64,000 nt of DNA from contig JAWLHB010000046.1 of assembly GCA_041690595.1 (NCBI GenBank), forward strand, positions 1-64,000. Reading direction: 5' to 3'. Shown piece after piece: positions 28,873 through 37,761 of the stretch. Made by a program: the position numbers and the translations under genes. Below the pieces are notes generated by a model. The model saw only the letters and a list, made by a program, of their open reading frames with translations. It was not told the origin of the DNA and did no database searches. Source of the stretch: Lentisphaeria bacterium (lineage in GTDB: Bacteria > Verrucomicrobiota > Lentisphaeria > JABSQK01 > JAWLHB01). Position 1 is the first letter of the stretch. Every line of letters begins with the position of its first letter.

Positions 28873-30336
28873 ATGATGAAACGCCAGCCCGAAGAGCAGG
28901 ATCTCTCCCTCGACATCTCCCGCGACCTGGCCGCGCTGCAGGCAATCGTCGAGGGGGTCGACGCCCTTCGCCTCGCCATGGTCGAAGCGCAGCAGCAGAT
29001 CGGCGGCCGCCAGCGCGGCTATCTTCTGCCCGATGAAGACGACACCATCCGCCGTCTCTACCGCGGCTATCGCAACTACCGCATCGCCCTCTTCGAGATC
29101 ATCGACCGCCACGTCGCCTTCGATACCCGCGAAGAGCCGCACCTTCGCGCCCGCGGATTCCTCCTCGCCTTTGGCGCCGCCGTCTCTGTCTACTGTACCT
29201 CCCGCATGCTGGTCAACACCTATCGGGATATCCCCATCATCCGACGCAAGCTCAATGAACCCGATCCCGTCTACGACCTCGAGGTCGACCTCTTCGAGCA
29301 GATCTACCAATCCCTGACCAGCCTCCACAACCTCTCCCGCCTCCGCGACGCCGTCGCCCTCTACGAGATGAAGCGCGACGACCTGCACGCGCTCTCCGCC
29401 GCCCTCGACCCCGCCTGGGAAGGGCTCTTCTCCCGGATCGACCGGCAGTACCCCGTCCTGAAGCAGCATGACCTCGATCGCCTGCGCGAGCGGGTCCAAC
29501 GCGGCTGGGATGACTGGCGCCGGCGGGCCAGCCGCCCCTTTGCCGAGGTCGCCTACCAGATGACCACCCTCCTCATGGACACCTTTGGCAACATCTGGGT
29601 CGGCGACCGGCCGCGCATCCCCGTCGAGCATCAGCAAGCCTTCCGCGACCTCATGCAGCCCGGCGACTTCTTCATCGTGCGCCCCGAACGCAAGTCGAGC
29701 ACCGTCGTCCTTCCTGGATGGTGGACCCATTGCGCTCTATACCACGGCGGCACCGATCAGCTGGCCGCCTGCGGCGCCCTCGACCTGCCCCACGTGCGGC
29801 TTGGTCGGAACGCCCTGAGCCAGCCCATCAACGACGAGCCGGTCAGCATTCTCGAAGCCCTGGCTGCGGGCGTGGTGCTCAACCCCATGAGCGTCTCCCT
29901 CGGCGTCGATCATGCCGTCGCCATACGCCCCCGCCTCAGCCACGAGCAACGCCTCGCCGCACTCGACGACGCCTTCGGCCATCTCGGCAAGCCCTACGAC
30001 TTCGAGATGGACTTCACGCGCACCGACCGCCTGGTCTGCACCGAGATCATCTACCGCGGCTTCCATGGCAAGGGCCCCATCCGCTTCACCCCCGTCAAAC
30101 GCTATGGTCGCCCCACCTTGTCGGCTGACGACATCGCCGCCTATATTATCCAGGGTCAAACGGAGCCGGACCCTCCATTCGACCTCATCGCCATCAGTAA
30201 ACGGAACCTGAAGCGCGGCGCGTCCCGCTTCTATACAGGAGAGGATGCGTGGCGACTATTTCGTCAGATCCATCGGACGCGGCAGCAGCTGCCTTCAAAG
30301 CCTACGACATCCGGGGAACCTACGGCAGCGAACTGA
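28873..30336 (+). CDS. YiiX/YebB-like permuted papain-like (NlpC/P60) cysteine hydrolase
   Basis: MQPGDFFIVR..PGWWTHCALY..ILEA..GKPYDF..RLVCTEI. Start ATG at 28873 with RBS AAGGAGG. Confidence 0.85.
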   Translation: MMKRQPEEQDLSLDISRDLAALQAIVEGVDALRLAMVEAQQQIGGRQRGYLLPDEDDTIRRLYRGYRNYRIALFEIIDRHVAFDTREEPHLRARGFLLAFGAAVSVYCTSRMLVNTYRDIPIIRRKLNEPDPVYDLEVDLFEQIYQSLTSLHNLSRLRDAVALYEMKRDDLHALSAALDPAWEGLFSRIDRQYPVLKQHDLDRLRERVQRGWDDWRRRASRPFAEVAYQMTTLLMDTFGNIWVGDRPRIPVEHQQAFRDLMQPGDFFIVRPERKSSTVVLPGWWTHCALYHGGTDQLAACGALDLPHVRLGRNALSQPINDEPVSILEALAAGVVLNPMSVSLGVDHAVAIRPRLSHEQRLAALDDAFGHLGKPYDFEMDFTRTDRLVCTEIIYRGFHGKGPIRFTPVKRYGRPTLSADDIAAYIIQGQTEPDPPFDLIAISKRNLKRGASRFYTGEDAWRLFRQIHRTRQQLPSKPTTSGEPTAAN

Positions 30337-31616
30337 CCGAAGAGCTGGCCTTCGCCGTCGGCCGCGCCCTCGTGGATGAACTCCAGGCAGATCGCATCGT
30401 CGTCGGCCGCGACATGCGCCCCCACGGTACTCCCCTCAGCGAAAGCCTCATCGAGGGTATCCGCCGCCAGGGAGCCACCGCCATCGATCTCGGCATTGTC
30501 TCCACGCCCATGCTCTATCACGCCAATGTCAGCCTCGCCGCCGACGGTGCGGTCATGGTCACCGCCTCGCACAACCCCGCGCCCGACAACGGCATGAAGA
30601 TCACCCGCGCCGATGCCATCCCCATGGGCTTCGACAGTGGCCTGAGGGAACTCCAGCGCCGCATCCGCGAGGCCAACTACGCCATCGGTCGGCCGCGAGG
30701 CTCCCTCCAAACGCACGACATCAAGCCCGCCTATCGTGACCTCATGCGGCGCCGGATCACCTTCTCCGGCCACCCCCGCATCGTCCTCGACTTTGGCAAC
30801 GCCATGGGATCCGTCGAGATGGACGGACTCCTCGATGCCTTCGACGCCACCGTCCTCTTTGGCGAGCTTGACGGCTCCTTCCCCAATCACCTCGCCAATC
30901 CCCTGCGCCCCGATACCATGCGCGATCTCCAGGCCGCTGTTCGCGAGCGCGGCGCCCTCTTCGGCGTAGCGTTCGACGGTGATGCCGACCGGGTTGGCTT
31001 TGTCGACGAGACCGGTAGCCTGGTCCGCATCGATCTGGTCACCGCCCTGATTGCGGCCGACTACCTCCTGGATGAGCCCGGCGCCGCCATTGTTCACGAT
31101 GTTCGTACCGGTCGGGCGGTCCGCGAGTTTATCCGGGCCCGCGGCGGCAAGCCGGTCGAGTGGCGTGTCGGGCATGCCTACATGAAGCGGAAGATGCGCG
31201 AGCTGAATGCCCCCTTTGGCGGCGAACTTGCCGGCCACTACTACTTCCGCGAACTCTCCACCTCCGAATCGACCGCCCTTGTCCTGATCAAGATGGCGAA
31301 CCTGCTCGCTCGCGAGCAACTCCCCATGAGCGCCCTCTTTGCCCCCCTGCAGGGCTGGGTCAGCAGCGGCGAAATCAACGTCGAGCTGCCCGATCGAAGC
31401 CGCATCGAGCCCACCCTCGCCGCCCTCCGCGAGCAGTACCGCGATGGCGAACTCAGCGATCTCGACGGCATCCGCGTCGATTTCGATCACTGGTGGTTCA
31501 ATGCCCGCCCCTCCAACACCGAACCCTACCTCCGCCTCCTCGTCGAAGCCGATACCCGCGAGACCATGCAAGCAAAGCGCGATGAGCTGGTGCGCCTGGT
31601 GCGGGAGGGACTGTGA
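30249..31616 (+). CDS. Phosphomannomutase/phosphoglucomutase
   Basis: FKAYDIRG, TASHNP, FDGDADR, GGELAGHYYF, RPSNTEP. Confidence 0.95.
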   Translation: MATISSDPSDAAAAAFKAYDIRGTYGSELTEELAFAVGRALVDELQADRIVVGRDMRPHGTPLSESLIEGIRRQGATAIDLGIVSTPMLYHANVSLAADGAVMVTASHNPAPDNGMKITRADAIPMGFDSGLRELQRRIREANYAIGRPRGSLQTHDIKPAYRDLMRRRITFSGHPRIVLDFGNAMGSVEMDGLLDAFDATVLFGELDGSFPNHLANPLRPDTMRDLQAAVRERGALFGVAFDGDADRVGFVDETGSLVRIDLVTALIAADYLLDEPGAAIVHDVRTGRAVREFIRARGGKPVEWRVGHAYMKRKMRELNAPFGGELAGHYYFRELSTSESTALVLIKMANLLAREQLPMSALFAPLQGWVSSGEINVELPDRSRIEPTLAALREQYRDGELSDLDGIRVDFDHWWFNARPSNTEPYLRLLVEADTRETMQAKRDELVRLVREGL

Positions 31617-32086
31617 ACCTCCTCGAACGCACTCACGAGACCTACATGCGCCTCGCCCTGCGCGAAGCCGAGAAGGCCTACGAACAGGGCGAGGTGCCGG
31701 TCGGCGCCATTGTCGTCCTCGAAGGCCAGATCGTCGCGCGAGCCCATAACCAAGTCGAGATGCTCAAGGACGCCACCGCCCACGCCGAGATCCTCGCCAT
31801 CACGCAGGCCTCCGCCGCCCTGGGCGACTGGCGCCTCCAGCAGGCCACCCTCTACGTGACCAAGGAGCCATGCGCCATGTGTGCCGGCGCCATGGTCAAC
31901 ACCAAGCTCGGCACCCTCGTCTTCGGCGTCAGCGACCCCCGCACCGGCGCCGCCGGCAGTGCCCTCGACATCACCGGCTTCCCCCAGATGCTCCACCGCG
32001 TCAATGTCATCACCGGCGTCCTCCAGGAAGAATGCCTTGCCATCCTCCAGGCCTTCTTTCGCGCCCGCCGCAAGGACGGCCCGTAG
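31613..32086 (+). CDS. tadA: tRNA adenosine(34) deaminase
   Basis: GEVPVGA, DATAHAE, TKEPCAMCAGA, FFRARR. Confidence 0.92.
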   Translation: MNLLERTHETYMRLALREAEKAYEQGEVPVGAIVVLEGQIVARAHNQVEMLKDATAHAEILAITQASAALGDWRLQQATLYVTKEPCAMCAGAMVNTKLGTLVFGVSDPRTGAAGSALDITGFPQMLHRVNVITGVLQEECLAILQAFFRARRKDGP

Positions 32087-32088
32087 CC

Positions 32089-33447
32089 TTAGAAGCCGAA
32101 GCCGAACAGCTCCCCCTCTTCCCCGGTCTCCAGCCCCAGAAGCGCCAGAAAGAGGTAGCCCACGCCATCCACGCTCTCGTAGACGTGACTCCCCGCGTAA
32201 CCCTGAAAGTGGCCGTTATCCAGCAGCGATGCCACCGCCTCCTCCGCCATCGCCTCCGCCGCCACCCGCAGTCCCGGATCTCCCAGGTGCCGGCTGGCGC
32301 GCGTCAGGAAATGAATGCACCGCCCATAACTCTCGGCATAAGCCCACCTGCCCGTGCGCGCGGGAGAACTCTCGACGGCGATGCGTGCCCAGCGTCCGAT
32401 CGCCTCTTCGAAGAGCGCCTCCCCGGTACGCTCATGCAGGCTGATGCACGCCTCGGCCACCGCCATCGGGTAGTCGTGCGTCGGCCACTGCTCAGTCGTC
32501 CACGGATCCGCGTGGCGTCCCGGCCAATATCCCGACGTCTCCGGAACCACATGCCTGCCATCCTCCACCCCCACCTGCCCTGCGTAGCGTCCGCTCTTCT
32601 CATCATAGCCATGCACCAGGTACGCGCGAACCGCCTCCTCCGCCATCCGTGCGAACGCATCCTCCCCGCTCCACGTTGCCGCCCGCAGGAGCGACTGCGC
32701 CCACACCCCGATCTCCGTCGTACAGACCTTCGAGTCCCAGCGTCCATGATCCGGCTCGTTCCGCACCAGCCCCGTCGACTCGCCCCTGTGCCCATAACTG
32801 TAGCCCGCGATGCGCCGTGCCAGCTCCAGAGCGTCCCCCTCGCCCGTCTTGCCATGCAGCCAGGCCAGCGACTCCGCCAGAATCCCCCCCGCCTCCAGAA
32901 AGGCATGACTCTTCAACTGGTCGTCGTGACGATTGAACCCCCCGCTTGCCCGGTCGTAGACATGGCGATCCCCCATCACCCGGATGTACCGCGCCGTCAC
33001 TTCCGGCTCCAGACGCCAGAAAAGCTCCCACGCCGGCGTGATCGGGCGCAGCTCGTGCACGCCCCCATGGAATCCCACCGCCCGCGCCCCGAAGACGTCG
33101 TAATAGATGTGGTTGCCCCACTGGAAGAGCCCCTTCTCATCAACGCAGCGGTCCAGAAACTCCCGCGTATACCGCTCCGCCGCCGCCGCCGGCCCAGCCT
33201 CTCCCGAATACAGGCTGTACCAGTGCGCCGCCACCACCAGCGGTTGATCCCAGTAAAGCGTACTCCCCCTGGGCGCCCCGATCAGCCGATAGACCCGTTG
33301 CGGCGCATGATCACCCTCCGGATAGCGCTCCGTCCGCGTATCCAGCACCGCCGGCCACATCGCCGTCGCTGGAACACCCTCCATTACCGCCAGCGCCCCC
33401 GCCAGCCACTCGAACTGTCGACCCATCGGAACCAGCCAATTCGACAT
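32089..33447 (-). CDS. Alpha/alpha-toroid carbohydrate enzyme, pectate lyase family 2-like
   Basis: GLFQWGNH..VHELRP..ARYIR..HVYD..FNRH resembles the PL2 motifs as recalled (GLL.WGGH..VHELK..HVYD..RH). Start at 33447 chosen by RBS. Confidence 0.55.
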   Translation of the reverse strand: MSNWLVPMGRQFEWLAGALAVMEGVPATAMWPAVLDTRTERYPEGDHAPQRVYRLIGAPRGSTLYWDQPLVVAAHWYSLYSGEAGPAAAAERYTREFLDRCVDEKGLFQWGNHIYYDVFGARAVGFHGGVHELRPITPAWELFWRLEPEVTARYIRVMGDRHVYDRASGGFNRHDDQLKSHAFLEAGGILAESLAWLHGKTGEGDALELARRIAGYSYGHRGESTGLVRNEPDHGRWDSKVCTTEIGVWAQSLLRAATWSGEDAFARMAEEAVRAYLVHGYDEKSGRYAGQVGVEDGRHVVPETSGYWPGRHADPWTTEQWPTHDYPMAVAEACISLHERTGEALFEEAIGRWARIAVESSPARTGRWAYAESYGRCIHFLTRASRHLGDPGLRVAAEAMAEEAVASLLDNGHFQGYAGSHVYESVDGVGYLFLALLGLETGEEGELFGFGF

Positions 33448-33654
33448 CTTCCCCTCCATCTCCACGTTATTGTTGCAGACGACTATAGCAGACATCCCCG
33501 CCATTTCCCATGCCGCCACCACACTTCCACCCGCGTTACCCACCCCTCTCCGCCAACCTGGAATTCCCCCCCGGCCGTTGCCCAGACATTCTTCTTCATA
33601 AGTCCATACCGTCATATCTCCTTGCGCCGTTGTCCCCACGGCACTGCCATCTAA

Positions 33655-33917
33655 AATGTAGGAGGGGTTCTCCGAACCGCGACTTGAGCCGCTCTCTGAG
33701 CGGCGACCTGATCCTGGGCACGCCACTCGCCTGAGTGGCACCGGCGTTGGACGTTGCCACTCCCCGACGCCTGGCTCCTCTCATCACCCCTCGCCACCCC
33801 ATCGGTCCCGTTCCCGCCGTTGTCCCAACGGCCATTGCTGTCCCCCCACGTGAGCACATTGACCACAGACTTCAGCCTCGACAGACCCGACAATGTAGGA
33901 GGGGTTCTCCGAACCGC
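33655..33917 (+). repeat. Composite REP-like element, copy B, bounded by 26-bp GTAG-containing direct repeats
   Basis: AATGTAGGAGGGGTTCTCCGAACCGC at 33655-33680 and 33892-33917; internal palindromes GCCGCTC-TCT-GAGCGGC and GCCACTC-GCCT-GAGTGGC. Confidence 0.9.
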
Positions 33918-33944
33918 AATTGGCCTCAACGTTGCCACTTTCCA

Positions 33945-34445
33945 CCAAAACCTCGGTCAATTCCTCGGTCCATGTCCTGGCCACGCCACTGGCCTGCGTG
34001 CCCTCCTGCGCCTGGCTCCATCCCAAAACCTCGGTCGAAACCTCGGTCCCTTTCCCGCTCACGCCACTCGCCTGCGTGGCCTCCTGCGCCTCGCTCCATC
34101 CCAAAACCTCGGTCGAAACCTCGGTCCCTTTCCCGCTCACGCCACTCGCCTTGGTGCCCTCCTGCGCCTCGCCCCATCCCAAAACCTCGGTGCTGTCCTC
34201 GATGGCTCGGCCAAAACCTCGGTCAATTCCTCGGTACGTCGGTACCACCCACTTGCGTCCGACCCGTCCGACTCGTCCGACTCGTCCGACCCGCTCACCC
34301 CCGCCCAGCCCGCACACCCCCGCCCAGCCCGCACACACCAGAAGCCCGGACCCTCCGTCCACCGACTCCTCGGTCAAAACCTCGGTCAAATCCTCGGTGC
34401 CGTCCTCCAACTGCTCGGCCAAAACCTCGGTTGATTCCTCGGTCC
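33945..34445 (+). repeat. 78-bp tandem repeat (3 units plus partial) and further 12-bp-period CCTCGGT doublets
   Basis: CCAAAACCTCGGT at 33945, 34023, 34101, 34179; more doublets near 34211 and 34367-34445; 9-bp GTCCGAC(C/T)C x4 at 34257-34292. Confidence 0.9.
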
Positions 34446-34713
34446 CGGCACATCGGTACTCCGTACCCCGACCATCCTTCAGCAGCTCCGTCGCTCGCCC
34501 CTTCCCGAACGACTCCGAGTAACTCGCCCGAAGTGCCGCTTTCTCCACCCAGAAATCCTTCACATACTCCCCCGCAAAACGCCACATCTTCCCGCTACGT
34601 CCCCTCATCCCCACACCCTCCCAAGAGCCTGTCAATACTATTCCACGGATAACTCTAACCATAGCACTGATAACTCAAAAGTCAAGCCGGCAGGGAAAAT
34701 AGTCTTCTCACGC

Positions 34714-34806
34714 GTGGCAGAGTCATTCCTGCTGCCTTCCATGGTGGTGCAGACATTCCTGTCTGCCTGCCGAATAGAAAGTGGTGCAGACATTCCTGTC
34801 TGCCTG
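34714..34806 (+). repeat. REP-like palindromes GTGGTGCAGACATTCCTGTCTGCC (2 copies plus 1 degenerate)
   Basis: GCAGACA-TTCC-TGTCTGC hairpin near 34744 and 34781; degenerate copy at 34714. Confidence 0.85.
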
Positions 34807-35436
34807 TCAGGATACACATCTCCGCCCTCCCCGACTCCCCGTGCAGATCCCTTCGCGCTCGCTGCGTTCTTTGTGGTTAATCGCTTGAGCTCCTTCGTCT
34901 CCCTTCGAGCTCTTCGTGGTGAACCTCATGATGCCAGAATAATCCTCTGAGCTGCTCTTCATAAGCTGCCGGCCTCCACGCCGCCCCATCTCTGTGTCTC
35001 CGTGCCTCCGTGGTTCATGCCCGTCCCCGTATTCCTGCCTCCACACCGCCCCCCATCTTCATGTTCGTCATACTACTACCCACAAGAACCTTGTCCGGAA
35101 TGCTGTCAACTAAGCATATGGTCCTGAGGTGAAGCCACCAGATCGCCTCCAACCGCAGGATCATATTCCACTCGTATACGATGCGATGCAGAGCTATCAT
35201 ACGTCATGCGCACTGAGCCCTATCCTCCCAATCTGCTCAGCCGACCCCGCATCCATGGCGGAGACAGCCTGCAGCCTGGTGCTGGAATGGAGCGCAGCGG
35301 AGTGCCAACTGCCCAGGTCGAGCAGCGCACCGTTCTCGGCGCGGAGGACCTTCTGGGCAGTGCCGATGCGGTGGCGCCGATCGTGTGCCTATGATGCCAG
35401 GTTCAAGCAAGCAAAGCTCACCAGGAAGACCAGGAA

Positions 35437-35976
35437 ATGAAGGGAAGAAAGACGGTTTATATAGGTATCGGCCTGGTTTTGTGCTTCCTGATCCTTGGTA
35501 CTATTGTCTACTATGGCATCAAAGCGACCAGCAGGTATATCGATGAGTTCAATGCCAACAAGAGAGAAACCATCTGCAGGCATACCTTGTGGCAGCTTCA
35601 TCTTTTCATCGTAAACTATGAAGCTGATCATGGATTCTTTCCCGCTTCTCAGGAAAAAGCTTTGTCTACTTCTGTCCAGTCACCCGCTAACTTCTGCTCC
35701 TGCGCGGGAGTTGGTTACGTGAAGAAACCCGTAAAAGGTATAGATGCCATCTCCGATTATACCTACATCTCATGGCCGGCGGAGGCGCCGGTCGAAGGAG
35801 ATTGGCCAATCCTCTAGGATGCTTCATGGGACAACCACAACAAAACGGGCATCAACATTTTCACGGTAGCTGGCGATGTCCATTGGGACACGACGGGGGC
35901 CTTCCCGAAATCGTTCAATCGGCAACATCCGGAATGGAAGGTGCCCCTGCCCCGCACGTCCGGCCGGGCATACTGA
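35437..35976 (+). pseudogene. Low-GC membrane-anchored pilin-head-like gene interrupted by an in-frame TAG (35815-35817)
   Basis: TM helix, then CRHTLWQLHLFIVNYEADHGFFP..SDYTY..PIL*DASWDNHNKTGINIFTVAGDVHW; the frame stays open to TGA at 35974-35976. Confidence 0.65.
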
Positions 35977-36035
35977 CGCACATGCCACTGGAGGAGACCA
36001 GGTATCCTCATGATTGAGAGGAAGCCTCGTGGCGG

Positions 36036-36093
36036 TCGACGGAATCGAATCAATCGAATGGATCGATCAATTCGAATCTGTCGAATCTGTCGA
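36036..36093. repeat. 9-bp-phased TCGA array (7 copies)
   Basis: TCGA at 36036, 36045, 36054, 36063, 36072, 36081, 36090. Confidence 0.95.
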
Positions 36094-36279
36094 CTGAATG
36101 CCCCTTGTGTCTACAGTGGGGCTACATGAGGCAGGCGGCAGCTCCTCACGCTTTTTCGGCAACCACGTGTCAGCAGCTGCATGAAATACTTCCCTCCGCT
36201 TCCATGTCGCGTCTTGAGGAGCTATTATTCAACAAACGTCACCAAAGGATCGGGCGATGTCGGGAAGTGAGGGTGGAGG

Positions 36280-36328
36280 TCGAATGAATCGAATGAATCG
36301 ATCAAATCGAATCTGTCGAATCCGTCGA
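36280..36328. repeat. 9-bp-phased TCGA array (6 copies)
   Basis: TCGA at 36280, 36289, 36298, 36307, 36316, 36325, directly upstream of the four-helix-bundle gene. Confidence 0.95.
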
Positions 36329-36339
36329 GAAAGAGACGC

Positions 36340-37131
36340 GTGGAGGGCTGCCTGATGTTTGGCGGTACTGGCGGCTGTTATTGGCTGGATTCGTGGATCC
36401 TGGCGAATATCGTGCAGCTGGGCACGCAGCGGTTCTGCCGGCAATTTCTTGACCGGCGAAACGACCCGTGCGGTCGGCAGTATGACCAGATGACGCAGGC
36501 GGCGCGATCGGGATGTGCGAATATCGCCGAAGGCTCAGCGCGTCGTACGACCTCGCGGGAGACTGAGATGACCCTGACGGATGTCGCCCGGTCTAGTTTG
36601 ATGGAGCTTTCTGGTGACTACCTCAACTGGCTACTGCAGAGGAACGTGGTGCCCTGGCGGAAGGAGAGCCCCGAGGCACGTGCCGTCTATGCAGTCCGGC
36701 TTGATTCGCCCGAATATGGGCAGGATGTGACGCACGACGCCTGCGTCCATATCCTGGCGCAACAGAAGAAGTTCGCGCCATGGCTTGACTGCGACGACGA
36801 TCTGCGGATGGTAAATGGCCTGTTGATCCTGATTGCGCGGGTGATCAACATGCTCAACCATCAGCTTGGCGCCCAGGGCGAGATGTTCCGGCAGGAAGGT
36901 GGTTTCCGCGAAAAGCTCACGCGCGCCCGTCTCGAGTCGCGAGCCGAGCAGGAAGATGCCCCCGCCTGCCCCGATTGCGGCCAGCCAATGGTGCGCCGCA
37001 ACGCCCGCAACGGCAAGTATGCCGGTCGTACCTTCTGAGGTTGCTCGGCATATCCGACATGCAAAGGGATCCTGGAGAGCGAAGAAGTCGGCCACAATCG
37101 TGCCACACGGGATGAAAACGCGGAACCGTGA
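36340..37131 (+). pseudogene. Four-helix-bundle (23S IVS/bAvd-like) protein with suffix domain and topoisomerase-type C4 zinc finger, premature TGA at 37036-37038
   Basis: DQMTQAARSGCANIAEGS..LTDVARSSLMELSGDY; FRQEGGFREKL; CPDCGQPMVRR..GRTF*GCSAYPTCKG (family consensus FWGCS.YP.C). Confidence 0.8.
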
Positions 37132-37277
37132 CCATGTGGCACTTCGCTCGAGAGCTGACGCTGATGGGCATTTCTGCTCTCTACCCGTTTAATTGCAGTA
37201 TCTCGCCGCAAGCAGTATGGTAGACCATTGGGTTCGTCAGTTCGCATTGTCCACGTCCTACCTTCTGGAGGCTTCCC

Positions 37278-37751
37278 ATGCATGACTGCCATCGATCCTT
37301 CATCATCCTGGCCCTCCTGGCTGCACTGGCGCTTCCCTTCTCGGCCTCATCGCAGAGCGCGACCAGAAAGCAGATGCAGCAGAAGCTCGATCGCATCATC
37401 CTCACCAGGATTGTCTTCGAGGAAACGCGCGTGGCCGATGTGCTTCGCACCTTGCGCGATCGCGTTCGCGAAGTCGACCTCGATGATGACCGCCCCTTCA
37501 ACCTGGTGATCAGAGCCAAAAAGGAGGCGCTCGATGGTCTGGTCTCTCTCGACATGGAAAACATCCCGGCCGGGGAGGCGATCCGCTATGTCTGCATGGT
37601 GGCCGGGCTTCGTTATGTCGTTGAACCCCATGCCGTCGTCATCCTCGATGAAGCCGCCACGGCTGAACGCATGGAGACGCGTATCTATCATATCGACCCC
37701 AGCGTGATCGACAAGAAGAAGAGCGACAAGCTCGAGTTCAACAAGAAGTGA
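37278..37751 (+). CDS. Secreted stand-alone STN/secretin-N-like domain protein
   Basis: Signal peptide; KLDRIIL..FEETRVADVLRTL..VSLDMENIPAGEAIRYVCMVAGLRYVVEPHAVVI. Confidence 0.7.
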   Translation: MHDCHRSFIILALLAALALPFSASSQSATRKQMQQKLDRIILTRIVFEETRVADVLRTLRDRVREVDLDDDRPFNLVIRAKKEALDGLVSLDMENIPAGEAIRYVCMVAGLRYVVEPHAVVILDEAATAERMETRIYHIDPSVIDKKKSDKLEFNKK

Positions 37752-37761
37752 CCGTCACGTC

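Noticed and set aside
27250..30336. Giant overlapping ORFs 27250..29730 (-) and 27289..30336 (+)
   Set aside because: High-GC antisense extensions; the real genes are a divergent sulfatase (start 28719) and YiiX-like protein (start 28873).
33945..34200. CRISPR array (78-bp period)
   Set aside because: The would-be spacers are near-identical to one another; it is a tandem repeat.
23500..34700. Strong plus-strand C excess as a special signal
   Set aside because: It affects genes on both strands and is most simply replication-strand skew; it cannot be quantified without computation.
37036..37038. Selenocysteine or genetic-code reassignment of TGA
   Set aside because: The position corresponds to Trp, not Cys, and many conserved genes here (trpB2, dnaJ, arsC) end properly at TGA.
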